A stretch of 64,000 bases of DNA from NCBI RefSeq assembly GCF_964355755.1, contig NC_092675.1, positions 26,012,912 to 26,076,911 on the forward strand. The letters run 5' to 3'. This stretch comes from Antedon mediterranea (Eukaryota > Animalia > Echinodermata). The notes beneath the pieces were generated by a model. The model did not search any database and was not told where the DNA came from. It saw nothing but the letters and a program-made list of their open reading frames with translations. Positions 35,301 through 48,200 of this stretch are shown one piece after another; position 1 is the first letter of the stretch, and each line of letters begins with the position of its first letter. Position numbers and translations under genes: made by a program.

Positions 35301-38300
35301 TGGTACATGCTAAGCTATATTGAAACTAGCGAAAGGCAGTATATTTATACCAACTCTTGTGCATGGTTTTATTTAAACAAAACTTTATTATTGTAATTAT
35401 CTATTTATAAATTGCTCTCGTCTTCTCTTCACTGGATTAAAAATATTGTCTACCTGTGTGCGACGCTTAACACTACGCGATCATTATAAACCCAGGTCGA
35501 CTTTCATGGCTTTCTGTTAAGTAACGATCTTCAAAATCCAGATTTAAACTTTTAAATCTTATTATTTTTCCAATCTGGGTATTTTACATCACTAAATTAA
35601 GAAAACAATATAAATAAAACTGCCTCCGACTTTGCTACGAAGAACTTTGTCAAGCATTCACTCAATTTCATTTACTTTTTTCTTTTTAATATTAATTTAA
35701 AAATTCAGTTTACAATGTGCATTTTTATTTGAGAAAAAACAAAACCATATGCTACATAGATAGTGATAGATGTGACAGTGTAGTAAACTGTGTTTAAATT
35801 TAAACATATAGTTTCTAGTAGTATAGTTTTTTTATCCATTTTCTATTTTAGAATGCGGTGGAAATAAACATGGTTGGAATTGTGAACATTTTTGTACCCA
35901 ACACGATGATCTTACTGCATGTAAAGATAAACAGTTCTGTTTACCTGATCCATATGGATGTAGCTGTGTTACCGGTTACAAAGGATTAAAATGTAACACA
36001 GGTAACAAAAAAAGTTTTTATCTGAGCGTTAGGCCTACTGAATATACGACTCGCGGTAGCCTAACTAATATAAGTAATACGGATTATTGCAGTGGTCTTT
36101 AACATAATTATTTAATTGAATTATGTTATGTTATTAATATTGCATCCAGAATGTTCGTCGGGTACATTTGGTGCAGATTGTGCCCAAACTTGTCATTGTA
36201 AACAAGGTGGTTGTAATCGATATACAGGAATATGCACTGACACTCAAGACTCATCTTGTGCATTTCCATGGAAAGGAACTAACTGTCAAGGTAAACCAAT
36301 ATTGTACAATTACATAGACATACTAATATAACTACTAAAATGAAAGTAGGATGAACCAACAAAAAGACTAAAAAGAAGATGTTACACTCCTGACGAGGAC
36401 GCTGAATAAATTAGTATTTTATGTTTTATAATTTATTTTTTTTTAGTAATGAATTGGACGAATCCACAGAATACAATATTTGGTTTTAAATGAATGACAT
36501 AAGATAAGATAAGATAACTTTTATTGATCCTCAAAAAGGAAATTCATTGCTCGTCATAATAACAAAGAAAACACAATAAAAACAAATATAGCATAAAACT
36601 ATTCATATCAAAACATCTAAAAAATTACAAGATAAAATTATCTTCTTGACTTCCTGTTGTACTGGATGATACCGGAGGGAATAAAGGATTTAGCAAATCG
36701 ATTGGTTTTCACACTGAGGAGCCTCAATCTACCACTTGGATTACCGTTGGTCTATGATCACTTTGTGGAGAGGATGAGAGGCATCCGACTCAATGCATTC
36801 GAAATCTTTCTGTAGGTGTTCTAGGTGCACATCGGTAAAGGAAGGCAGTTCCAGACCAATCATTTTACCAGCCCGACGGATGAAAGTTTCAAGGCGTCCT
36901 TTATTCCCTCCGGTAACATTACCAGCCCAACAGGCAGAGAGGCAGTACGTCCAAACACTACATATAACGGATCTATAGAACGAAAGGAACATCAAATCAC
37001 AGGAGTTAAATTTATATAAAGTTGTCATACAATACATTCTGGGATTTAATTTTTTGCTGATGAAGTCTATATGGTCTCCCCAACTCAGTTTATCATTGAA
37101 AACAATTCCTAGATACTTGTACTGGTCAACAATTTCAATTTCTTTACCTTTGATAGTGATTGGTTGAAAATTAAATTTATGTTTAGTCCTAAAATCAATG
37201 ATCATCTCCTTTGTTTTTGATGCATTTATTTGGAGATAATTATCGTCACAAAATTTAACAAATCTTTTACATACAAAGTTTTCTAATGTTTTGAAAGAAA
37301 TTTCTAGGAATTCACTCCGATTTAGGTGATTATCAAAAACCTCGTATATACCATTCTATATCTCGTATGTAGCTACTTAAGCAATACGTGTTCCGATTAA
37401 CATTTTCTGCTTTCTGATCGGTTATTTATCAAAATATTAGGTATATGCCTAAAATTCCATTTGAGAAAAACCCGGAAACACGAAGTTTTGTTAGTATAGT
37501 GATGATGTACTGTAGTATTGGCATCATGCAATAAAGATTATTGTATCTCACTCATGTTTCTAAAAATGAAATATATACATTTGTGGGCAAACTTTTTTGT
37601 AGAATGTCAGTCTAAACGGTTTGGAGAAAACTGTGACATTGATTGTACCAAACCATGTGAATGTCACCGACTAAATGGAAAGTGCATCCAAGGGACATGT
37701 TTTTCTGGTTTTCTTGAACCAAATTGTGTACCTACATATGACGGAAGCTTGATAGCTAATGCTTCAAGTTCTTCTATCACTATTGAATGGACGCCGTGGA
37801 GTACTGATAATGGAGAGGAAGACCTGGTTATTGGATACTTTTTATATCACAAACTAAGCAATACTGATGACTGGAAAAAGGAATTCTTCAATACTTCCTT
37901 ATCAGGTACTGTTACAAGGTTAATAGTGGACACACACTATACTTTAGGTGTTTCAGCTATGAGAGCTGGCGAAGAAGGTGAAGGACCAATTGGAGGGATA
38001 ATCACAGTAACAACACTTTGCGGAAGTAAGTATCTAATTATAAATGATATATTATATATGTAATTTGGCGCAAATTTAATTAGTGAGTAGAAATAAAACC
38101 ATGAAAGAACATAATTTATTATTGAGAGTTTATGTTATTCATACTTGTGAATCATGGAATAAATATATCCATACAATCTTATGTATCAACTGTGGCAAAC
38201 TAACATTGTTACTAGGCTTCTTCAAATAACAAAAAAATAAACAACAATTTTTTAACAGAACCTTCTCCAGTTGAGAACGTAAAACTCCAAACACCTTCAA

Positions 38301-40139
38301 ACACTGGTATTATTGTTACATGGATAGTAAGTACAATTCTAGAGATTTGTTGTTAATACTCATTTCGTCGTTTTATACGAAATATATTCTGTGGATTCTC
38401 ATACTTTACTGAACGCGTCGAATGAGTTAATCGGTTACATACTGTAAATCGGTTGACAGAAGGAACTTTCCAAATGTAAAATTGTCCCAAACAATCATTT
38501 ATGTTTCGTACTATCACATATTTATTACAATTATAACGTTTTCTATACATTGCGTTCTTTCCGTTCGTTTTTTAGGGAAAACTTGACGCTGAGTCATTGA
38601 AATGCTCAACTGCGGTATTTGACTATAGAGTATACCTAAAAGTAATCAACAATAAAGGATATCGGGAAGAGGTTTACCAGACAAAAACAAATCAATTTAA
38701 AATTGAAAATGTTGAAGTAGATGACACTTATGCTATCTTAGTCACTGTGTCTAATAAAGACAGTGAGAGTGAACCAGTTAGCATTTTAAACGTACCAGAA
38801 CAAGGTAATGCTGAACAAGGTACTACTGAACAAGATACTGCTGAACAAGGTACTGCTGAACAATGTCTACTGCTAAACCTAAACTAAAACCTTTATGCAT
38901 TTGATTATAATAATAATTGTCTAATTGATTGATTTTGAATAAACTGAGATGAAGTTGAATTCCTCTCAAAACCCTTACAAATTCAACATTCAAAGTTTAA
39001 GATCTAGGTCTACCTCATCTGTTTTGTTTCAATTCAATGATACAGAACTCACAATTATGTGACACATAAGTAACGTTAAATCACGAATTTTGTCTATAAA
39101 ATTGGACAGATATTTGTAAGGAGAATCGGATACATTCCTAAAGTCAAATTAATATTTTATTTTCTACCTTTTCGTTTGTTTTGAAGCTGCCATATCACGT
39201 TCATATCTATTCTGCTTTAGCTTCATATTTAACCCATTTTGACTCACCTAATTAAGCATTTCCTTTTACGTCATTATGTATTACATCACATCTTAAACAT
39301 CCACATGATTTGTTTGTATTATTTGTTTCTAAGAAAATGCAAACGGAATCATTGCTGGAGGTGCTGCGGCAGCAGGGGTGTGTTTTGGAGTCATCATTAC
39401 TATTATGGTTACGATCTGGTAATTTATCCAATATCAATTTTATATTTTAAAATATTTAGAATATTAGATAAAATTTGTTATTATGTATTTTAATTGTTTG
39501 TTTGTGAGCCATTCTAAGTTTCAAAACCATTGTAGGCAGAATGTTAAAGTTTAAAAGTGATGATCTATCTTGCTTGTTTCTAAAGTAAACAAAGACTTCG
39601 GAAGAATGTGAGTAAACCTGATGCAGCAAATGATCCACAAGTCTACTATAACACTGCAAGTAACAATTACAACAATTTTGCACCAGGGTAAATTTGTTTT
39701 CTTATACATTTTTTTACATGTTTTATGTTTCTTATATGTTATCTTCTATCGTTTTGATTTAGCTTTTTATTTATTCAGTCACTGATGCCCACTAAGCATT
39801 GTCAATTTTCAGCTATAGGCCTAATACGATAATACGATATATAGACGATAAATGGATGGATATAGCGAACAAACAAATATAGGCCTACAAACAGTAATAC
39901 GTAACTATCTATAATAAAGGCCTATAACATTTTTTTATAGAAAGATAAATGTGAATATGAAAGAATTTGACATATTTCAAATTAATGATTAATAATTTTT
40001 TCCTTCATTTCTTAATTCAAGACAAAACCAAGACAGATTGTATGACGTAACTGATGCTGATTATGCTACAGTCACTGGTCGTCCTGTTTACAGTAACACA
40101 GCACAGACATCAGAAATGAGAGAAGACCAACACAGATAA
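32400..40139 (+). CDS. Tie-like kinase-less receptor A, ~679 aa (SP-Ig-Ig-EGFx4-FN3x2-TM-Tyr tail); exons 32400-32448, 33212-33499, 34156-34407, 34767-34901, 35852-36001, 36150-36290, 37603-38025, 38259-38326, 38576-38804, 39334-39418, 39586-39687, 40022-40139
   Basis: A phase-consistent GT-AG chain gives 2040 nt open. Tie hallmarks: HAFIKLIVRACPHQKWGP, CYNGGVCDDKTGFCICAPGF, FCLPDPYGCSC. TM is IIAGGAAAAGVCFGVIITIMVTI. Confidence 0.85.
36500..37262 (-). mobile_element. 5'-truncated LINE (Rex1/Babar or L2/CR1 group), RT C-terminal region
   Basis: KTKEMIIDFR...IEIVDQYKYLG...LSWGDH; 3' AATAAA followed by an (ATCTT)n tail. Confidence 0.85.
38798..38874 (+). repeat. 15-bp tandem repeat (~5 units) spanning a splice donor
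   Basis: Consensus GAACAAGGTACTGCT. Confidence 0.9.
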
Positions 40140-41871
40140 AATCAAGAACTGAAATCCTTTATCGAAACTATATTATTCTTTGATAAATAACAAAATAATG
40201 AATGATTATACTAAACTGTTCATTGATGGAATCACTATTTGTTGACATCTTATTGGGGTTGAGCATCATTCGTTATTGATAATAAATATTATATTAATCC
40301 AACATATTAAAATGTATACTAATGATTAATGGTGTTGATATTAGTTATATAAAATAACGTTATGTTGTAATCTAAACTTATTTAATGTATGTCAATGAAA
40401 TGGTGTATTTTATTCATTTATATATAACTTGTATTATTCATTATTTTTATTGTATAATAGAGCTCCATGTTTGTTATGATTGGTTATTACATTTTGCATT
40501 AATATTATACATTTTCAACGTTTGTAATACCGTATTTAGGTATTCTTAAGTTGGCTTCGTTTCAAGGTAGTCTTCTTTTCTGAATGGGCTTTTTTTCGAG
40601 ATTACTTTTGCAAACTAAAGAGGGTTGAAATACTTATTTATCAACCTTAAATCATCTGGGATATTTTTTCACAGCTTTGCATCAGAATACCTGATAGAGA
40701 CGTGGTGTCCCATGTTTGTTCGATATTTTGGTATATACACATTTTTCTAGTCTGTGACCTTGTTGAATAATGAAAATTAATCAATAACAAATATTTATGA
40801 ATTGTCTCCGGAAGTTTACCATGTATAATATCATGAACAAATAAAATATTTTAATACTGATAAATAAAGAAGCGACCTCTATTTGTAGTAGTATTTATTT
40901 ATTGACAATTTTTATTTACCATGCATTTGTATACAATTTTTTACTGTATTTTATCACTTGTCGATGTAATACATGTTACCGTATTACACACACTCCTTCG
41001 AGTAAAGCCCCACCCCCTCCCGCTTATTCGAATAAATACGGGAGCCATTTTTTAAAGAATGAATGACTTGATATTTTATTTAAAACAAAAATGAATATCG
41101 TATTTTACCAATTACCAGTAATCACTCAAACCGGTAGGCCTATTATAGATCGTGTTTATTTATTTTAATTACACTGTATCATGTTTAATAGCAACAATAA
41201 ACAGCCTGCAGTATCGGCGACAGTCATCGAATAACGATGTAGGAAAAGAGGCTACTGTATTAGTATCAGAAGACACAACTATGAATATATAATCAAAAAC
41301 GAAACACCTTTATAATTCCTTTGTGTGTTTTGTTGATTTTGAAAACAAGCTAGTACGATAGCTTTTTCATCAACAATATGTCTGAAATGTTTTGACAAAC
41401 AGTTCTGGAAGACTTTTGAAAATACTTTCTGCTCTGTTGAACAACAGAACGAGGAAGTTCCATGAGGAAGTTCCTTGTCTAGTTCAGCAAATCAGAGAGA
41501 ACGTAAGTTTAGGACAAGCATTAAATTAAGAAACAAATTGTAAGTATTCGAAATTTATTATTTATTTACAGCTCTTTTTTGTCAGTTGAGAGCTTAAGTT
41601 TAATCGAGGTTATTGTTAAGAGATGAGTTCTAAGTTAGTATAGAATGGTTGGTCATCGTATCTTTTGATGTAGGCCTATAATGTCTTTATAATTTGAAAT
41701 CAATAACCAGTACCCGTCGCTTTCACCACAATGCTTGGTATTAAGAGATCGTTTGAAACAAATTCAATAATAATTTTACTTTCATATACAGATATTATAC
41801 AACAAAGGTCAGTTACACGTGATAAATATCTCAAATAATAATGTGGTAAACAAATTGGTTGTAGTAGCCTA

Positions 41872-43316
41872 TCTATATATAAATTTACGTAAGGGCAAAA
41901 TTCGGTAAATCGCGCGTTATTTCTAGAATGTTTACTCGATGGTATATAAAGTTGGTTCGTACTTTCGGTACTGATTTTAACCACCTGGTGTAACCCTGTT
42001 TACTAATTAAATTGAGTTCGATAATTAGTTATTGACGATTAAAACGAATTTAGGTTCAACAATTTGCCCCAAATAGGGGTGTTTTTCGATGGTGGTATAC
42101 ACTGTCTAATGGATGTCCGTCTTGAAAAATACCCGCAGACAATAATACGAGGATGCTTCGCATTTTCCTATCTCCTCCTACGATAATTGTTTTTAATGGC
42201 TGAAAACAGGTTGAACAGCTCGATTATAGCATCATAATGTTGAAGACAGGCCGATTTTCTTTAAAAAATACTATTTTGATAGATTTAATATACGTTTATA
42301 CAAATGTATTGATTTGCGATGAATGGAACATTCCAATCTCTGTTCCACAAGTGTCTATTCCCTCAGGCGTCGTAAAGGCAAGTACAGGTACTGTATACTC
42401 ATAACAGAAATTCGATCCATTATTTTTTCAATCTGTGCTGCAGAGGTTGGATATAAATTTTTTTTAAACGGATAATGAGCTAGCGTTTTCACTCGCCGTA
42501 TATTATGTACACATCTTTATTATTGCAGTTAAACCACCCACATCATCACCCTTCCCTCACTGGCATGAGTAGCGTTGTAAAACCAGTAGAGGATAGGCCT
42601 ACGGTACATCACATGCCCTAAACGCAGAACAACTTTGGTGGTGGGTAGGGTAGGAACCAACTTAAGTATGAATTGGCTCTAAGAAACAATTGAAAACCAT
42701 TAGGCCTACTAATTAAGTTGAGTTAGATAATTTAATATTTATTGACGATTAAATCAAATTTATGATTTTCCCCGAATAGAGGTGGTTTTCACAAATTGTT
42801 TTACATTATATAAACATATACACGTCGTAGTGATGTATCGTTACATGTACTGTACTATTTCAATCGACTATGACGGTGATAGTTTCAACAAAGTATTAAA
42901 TCGCAATGTTTTACTGTGTGTATTATTTGTAAAACAAGAAAACAATTAATATTTCGTTACTAAATGGATAAAGAATATATTTAAAAATTGTTCCTCTTTG
43001 CACCCATCCTCTTCCCCATCCCTCAACCCTAATGTTACATACAAAACACAAATTAAGTTTGTTTAAATTTGACTTAAACAATGGTCTCATTTTGTGACAA
43101 GTTCCTCTTTCGGAAGTAATTCCCAGGGTGCCAATTTTAGTTGAGTACATAAATCACAGTGTCTATTTATTCATTCCTGTAAACGACATGTATTATTGTC
43201 CTGCGGTACGTAAATTTGAAATCGCCAGTTTTTTAACGCTGAAATTATTATGTATTCGAGAACCATCTGTTGGCACGACCTAGATGGTACGCTCGCTTCG
43301 CTCGCGTACCATCTAG
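41872..43316 (+). mobile_element. Non-autonomous Helitron, copy 1
   Basis: A|TCTATATATA start; ends in a hairpin and CTAG. Confidence 0.85.
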
Positions 43317-44487
43317 TCTATATATAAATTTACGTAAGGGCAAAATTCGATAAATCGCGGTTTATTTCTAGAATTTTTACTCGATGGTATATAAAGTTGG
43401 TTCATACTTTCGGTACTGATTTTAACCGCCTGATGTAACCCTGTTTACTAATTAAATTGAGTTAGATAATTAGTTATTGACGATTAAAACGAATTTAGGT
43501 TCAACGATTTGCCCCAAATAGGGGTGTTTTCTGACCGTGATATACACTGTCTAATGGATGTCCAACTTGAAAAATACCCGCACACAATAATACGAGGACG
43601 CTTCGCATTTTCCTATCTCCTCCTACGATAATTGTTTTTATTGGCTGAAAACTGGTTGAACAGCTAGAGTAGAGCATCATAATGTTGAAGACAGGCCGAT
43701 TTTCTTTAAAAAATATTATTTTGATAGATTTAATATACGTTTATAGAAATGTATTGATTTGCAATGAATGGAACGTTCCAAATTATTGCATACCTCTATG
43801 GTTTAACACAAGTAGGTAAATTTATAGACCCTTGGAGAATAAACAGAAATAGTATTGTAATGCTATACAATACTGCAAATAGGTATTAACCACTTTTGAT
43901 CGCCATTTAAATCAAAAGTGTGTTGGTACTGTTAGATATAATATAAACAAATATACTAATAAACTTTATCACTGTGAGTGTGGGTAGCCCCTACTTTTAG
44001 ATTATAAACACATAATAATATAATACTTTATTACCGTCAGTTGTTTCTCAACGTTTGTATTAATTAATAATTACAAAAATATAAACGTATTAGTGGTCTT
44101 TAAATGTACTTTACTATTTCAATCGACCATGAGACAGTGACAGTTTTAATAAAGTATTAAATCAGAAATGTTTTACTCTATTTAGTGGTATATTATTTAT
44201 AGGCCTATAAAAAAAAACATTTCGTTAATGATTGGATAATAAAGAAATATAAAGAATAATTTAATAAAATTGGGTTTGTTTAAATGAGTCCAAATAACAA
44301 ATTTCGACTAATTTTGTGACAAGTTTCTAGGTGCTAATTTTGGTTGACTACATAAATCATTGTGTCTACTTATTTGTTTCTGTAAACGACAATGTTTTAT
44401 AGTCCTGCCGTACGTACATTTGAAATCGCCAGTTTTTTTACGCTGAAATTACTATGTATTCGAGAACCATCTGTGGGCACGATCTAG
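43317..44487 (+). mobile_element. Non-autonomous Helitron, copy 2 (head-to-tail with copy 1)
   Basis: TC start directly after the CTAG of copy 1; ends GGCACGATCTAG|T. Confidence 0.85.
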
Positions 44488-44963
44488 TACAATACAATTA
44501 TACTAATTGACGACACTACGCTACACTTTATAAACACCATTAATCGACGCAACGATTTTTTTTAGAAAGTTAAACTACGGTACAGTATTTATAAAACAAT
44601 TGGATTTTATTTGTGTGCGTGTGTGTGTATATTTTATTTCAGGACTCAAATGATTGGTTATTGTGGTTATTCTGGTAAAATCATAAAATCTGTAGTTTTT
44701 CTACTTGTAATGTTTATTCAAAACCTTTCTTGTATATTGTTATTGGAATTGATTTTAACCAATTAAATAAATTAATTTATACAACGTGTTCTCATTTAAG
44801 ATTAAACAGTTTAAATTTAATTGCAATTTTAAAAGTTCGGTCCAGTTGGTAAGATAATAACTTTTCTTGATTAAATTCAAGATGCTTTCTATGTAGGCTT
44901 ACAGTCTGTGACACAAGCTGGAGATACACTGTCTAATATCATTATCTTTTTCTCCAGGAAAAT

Positions 44964-45183
44964 ATGATTATTACTTTACTAGCTTTGGTTCAAGGAATTG
45001 TTTCCTGTTCCGGTAAGTTAACTTTTAAATACCAATAAAAATAACTTAAAACTCTATAATGTTTTTTTAGATATATTAATACCAACAACACAATCTCATC
45101 GGCGATTATTCAAATCAAGTATGCTGCCAAAAAGCGTCTTCGTATATTGGGCGCATATTGTTTCTAAATTGGTTTTGCTTACA

Positions 45184-45238
<55 letters not shown>

Positions 45239-48200
45239 ACTCAGTTAATAATAATCCAATTGGTATGACTATAATAAGTAATTTGAAATTCTTGATGTAA
45301 TCGAAAATTTTACAAAAATTGTAAGACAGAATTGAACATATTTAATATCATTATTATTTTTTGTAGTTTGAATGATAAAAATGTAGTCTGTGATTTATGG
45401 AATTGTCAATCATACAATTCATTGTATTTATATTCAGGAAATGATGGATATGTAACAGTTCTGAATTTGTCTCCACAAAGCAACGGTAACACAGGGTACC
45501 AATGTTACATTCCTACTACATTCACTGGTTATAATTTGAGTTACGGTAGATCTTTTAGAGTAGCAGATGATGAAAGCTTGAATGAAACATCGTGGAACGT
45601 GCCACGTGATGATCGTAGATATGTCGTATATGATCCAGTAGGAATGGGAGTATACTATTGCAAGATAGTAAAAGATGGCCTCACTACAATCGTTCAAACT
45701 ACTAAAATAGGAGATGATGGTAAGATTATATTAATATCCTGTTAAAACATAATCAATTGAAAACTAATTTCATGAAATGTAAGATGCACGCATCCACACA
45801 CCCGGCCGACACTAGCTATTTCATATTAATTTTTTTTTTTAGAATTTCACCAACATGTACATTATAATATTAGCAGTTTTAATTTAATTGTAAACATACA
45901 TATTTATTATTTATGAAACAGCCTTAATCACGCCAGGTAAAACTAAGAACACAGTAACAGTAAATGTTGGAGATGACGTCACAATTAGTTTCAACACTGA
46001 TTTGAACGGTGATTTAGAGTGGAGGAAAGATGGTTCTCCTCCATTTAAAAATGGGATAGACAAGAGAATGGCATTTAACTCAGTAGAGATCAGTGATTCT
46101 GGAGTCTACGAGATGTATAAGAGTGGTAATCGGTCTCAGCGTCTACATTCGTTTATCAAGTTGATTGTACGAGGTAACATTATTATAGATAGAGTCGTGA
46201 GTGGCGGATGTCAGTGCCATATCTGAACCTTTGACAATATTTTTGCCCAGTATTATAAAAGAAAAGTCTGTAATACAGCATTTAATGTGTACCACATGTG
46301 GTGGATGTATTATGCAAGGTTGGAATAATGGTTAGATTATGATCGTTGGTACTTGGTGATACATTATGAGACACATGTGATCATGTACAGAATCGGCTAT
46401 ATTATTAGTTCTCCTTGTCAAAACATATTTAACATATTGTAGTACAGTAGTTTTTAAGGTCTAAATCCTATTAAGTCAACATTTAAATAAGTAATAATTT
46501 CTTTAATTAAATAAACAAAATAAAAGATTAATTGTATGCTTAATCTGTTTGTAGAGTGTCCACGTCACAAATGGGGTCCAACTGACTGCACTGGTGACTG
46601 TGAATACTGCTATAATGGAGGTGTATGTGATGATAAAACAGGATTCTGTATCTGTGCACCTGGATTTAGTGGATCCACCTGTGAAATTGGTAAGAGAGTC
46701 TTTAGATAATGCAAACTATAACTGAAAATGTCCTTAATATCATCCTAAATTATTATACTTACTTAAAGCTCAGATACAGGCATGAATTTTAAATATAATA
46801 TCTGGTTAATTGTACATAAATCAAATATATATTTGTAACAGAAATCAAGACGAAAAAGCATGAATTTCCCTTAAATATGGTCAAATACAAAATTTGACAA
46901 AAATTTGCCATAAAAACCAGGAAGACTTTTTTTCAGTAGTTAGGTAGTTTAAACCTATGTAATAACATGTCTGGTGACTCCCTAGAAGGTGAAAAAAGAT
47001 GGTGGATATACGGTGAATAATTTTTGCTTTAGCATGAAAATAAAAATCTGAAGTTGAATAAAAATACTAGAAATGTAAAATTCAAGTTATATTACCTATA
47101 TTTAGTCATTTGATAACATTTTTTACCACACCGTTTATTTTTCATAGCTTTTTAAAATGCCTCTCTATTTACAAAATTTGTGTATAAAAAAATAGAGATT
47201 TTACTGTGTAAGTTGAACTATCCCCCCACTGATAAGAAAGTGCTTATTTTCAACAAGCTCGTGTAACACAAATAAAATCCCAAAAATTATGAAACATAGG
47301 GGAAACTATAGATCGATAATTATTGGAATGTATGATCAATAGAAATGTTTTGCCCGCACCTGGCCTTTAAGATTAATAACATGTCCAATAGAGATTTTTC
47401 AAATGGGAAACATTATTAGATTCAAGATTCAAGATTCAAGAAATTTTATTTGTCCATAAAAATGGAAATTCACTTTGCTTGGTAGATTAAAACAACAATA
47501 TTGCAACAATTTAAAACGTGCAGTATTATAACAGATTAAAAATACAAGATAAAAAGTTAAAAATACTGTTAAAAATGTAAAACTATTTAAAAATTGCATT
47601 ATCGTCTTACATTAGAATTGAAAATATGAATGCTATTTACAACGAAGGATTTTCTAGTTCTACAGAGATTTGCTCTTGGAAGTCGTAGCCTACTGTAATA
47701 CCTGATCTATCTAAGTTATAACAGTAATGTAACGGATGAGTGGGGTCTTTCATAATATTGTTTACTTTTTTTTAAATACTTTTTTCATAGATAAATGAAC
47801 ACGGCGTTAGATCAGCTTTAATAATACGTTGTGCAATTTTACGTGGTTTCTCAATATTTTTCTTATCATTTTCAGTAAAGTTATCATAAAAACATCCAAT
47901 GCTAAAAGATAAAATACTTTGAATAATACTTTGATAAAATAGAATTAAAATAGTGTTATCAACTCTAATTTGCTTGAGTTTTCAGAGAAAGTAGAGCCTT
48001 TGAGATGCCTTCTTTGAAATCATGAGAGAGTTTGACTCCCATTTTAATTTGTTGTCAATTATAGTACCTAAGTATTTGTATTGGGTTACTCTTTCAACCT
48101 CGGTTTCTTTAATAGTTATTACATTATGTTCAACTGCGGTTTTACGAAAATCTATTATCATCTCTTTGGTTTTAAGTTCATATCCTCACACCAATTAACA

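Noticed and set aside
40140-44960. Tyrosine kinase exons downstream of receptor A (and 57765-60720 for B)
   Set aside because: No GxGxxG, HRDLAARN or DFG-type coding segments were noticed by eye or in the ORF track. The intervals hold UTR-like DNA, transposons and the next promoter.
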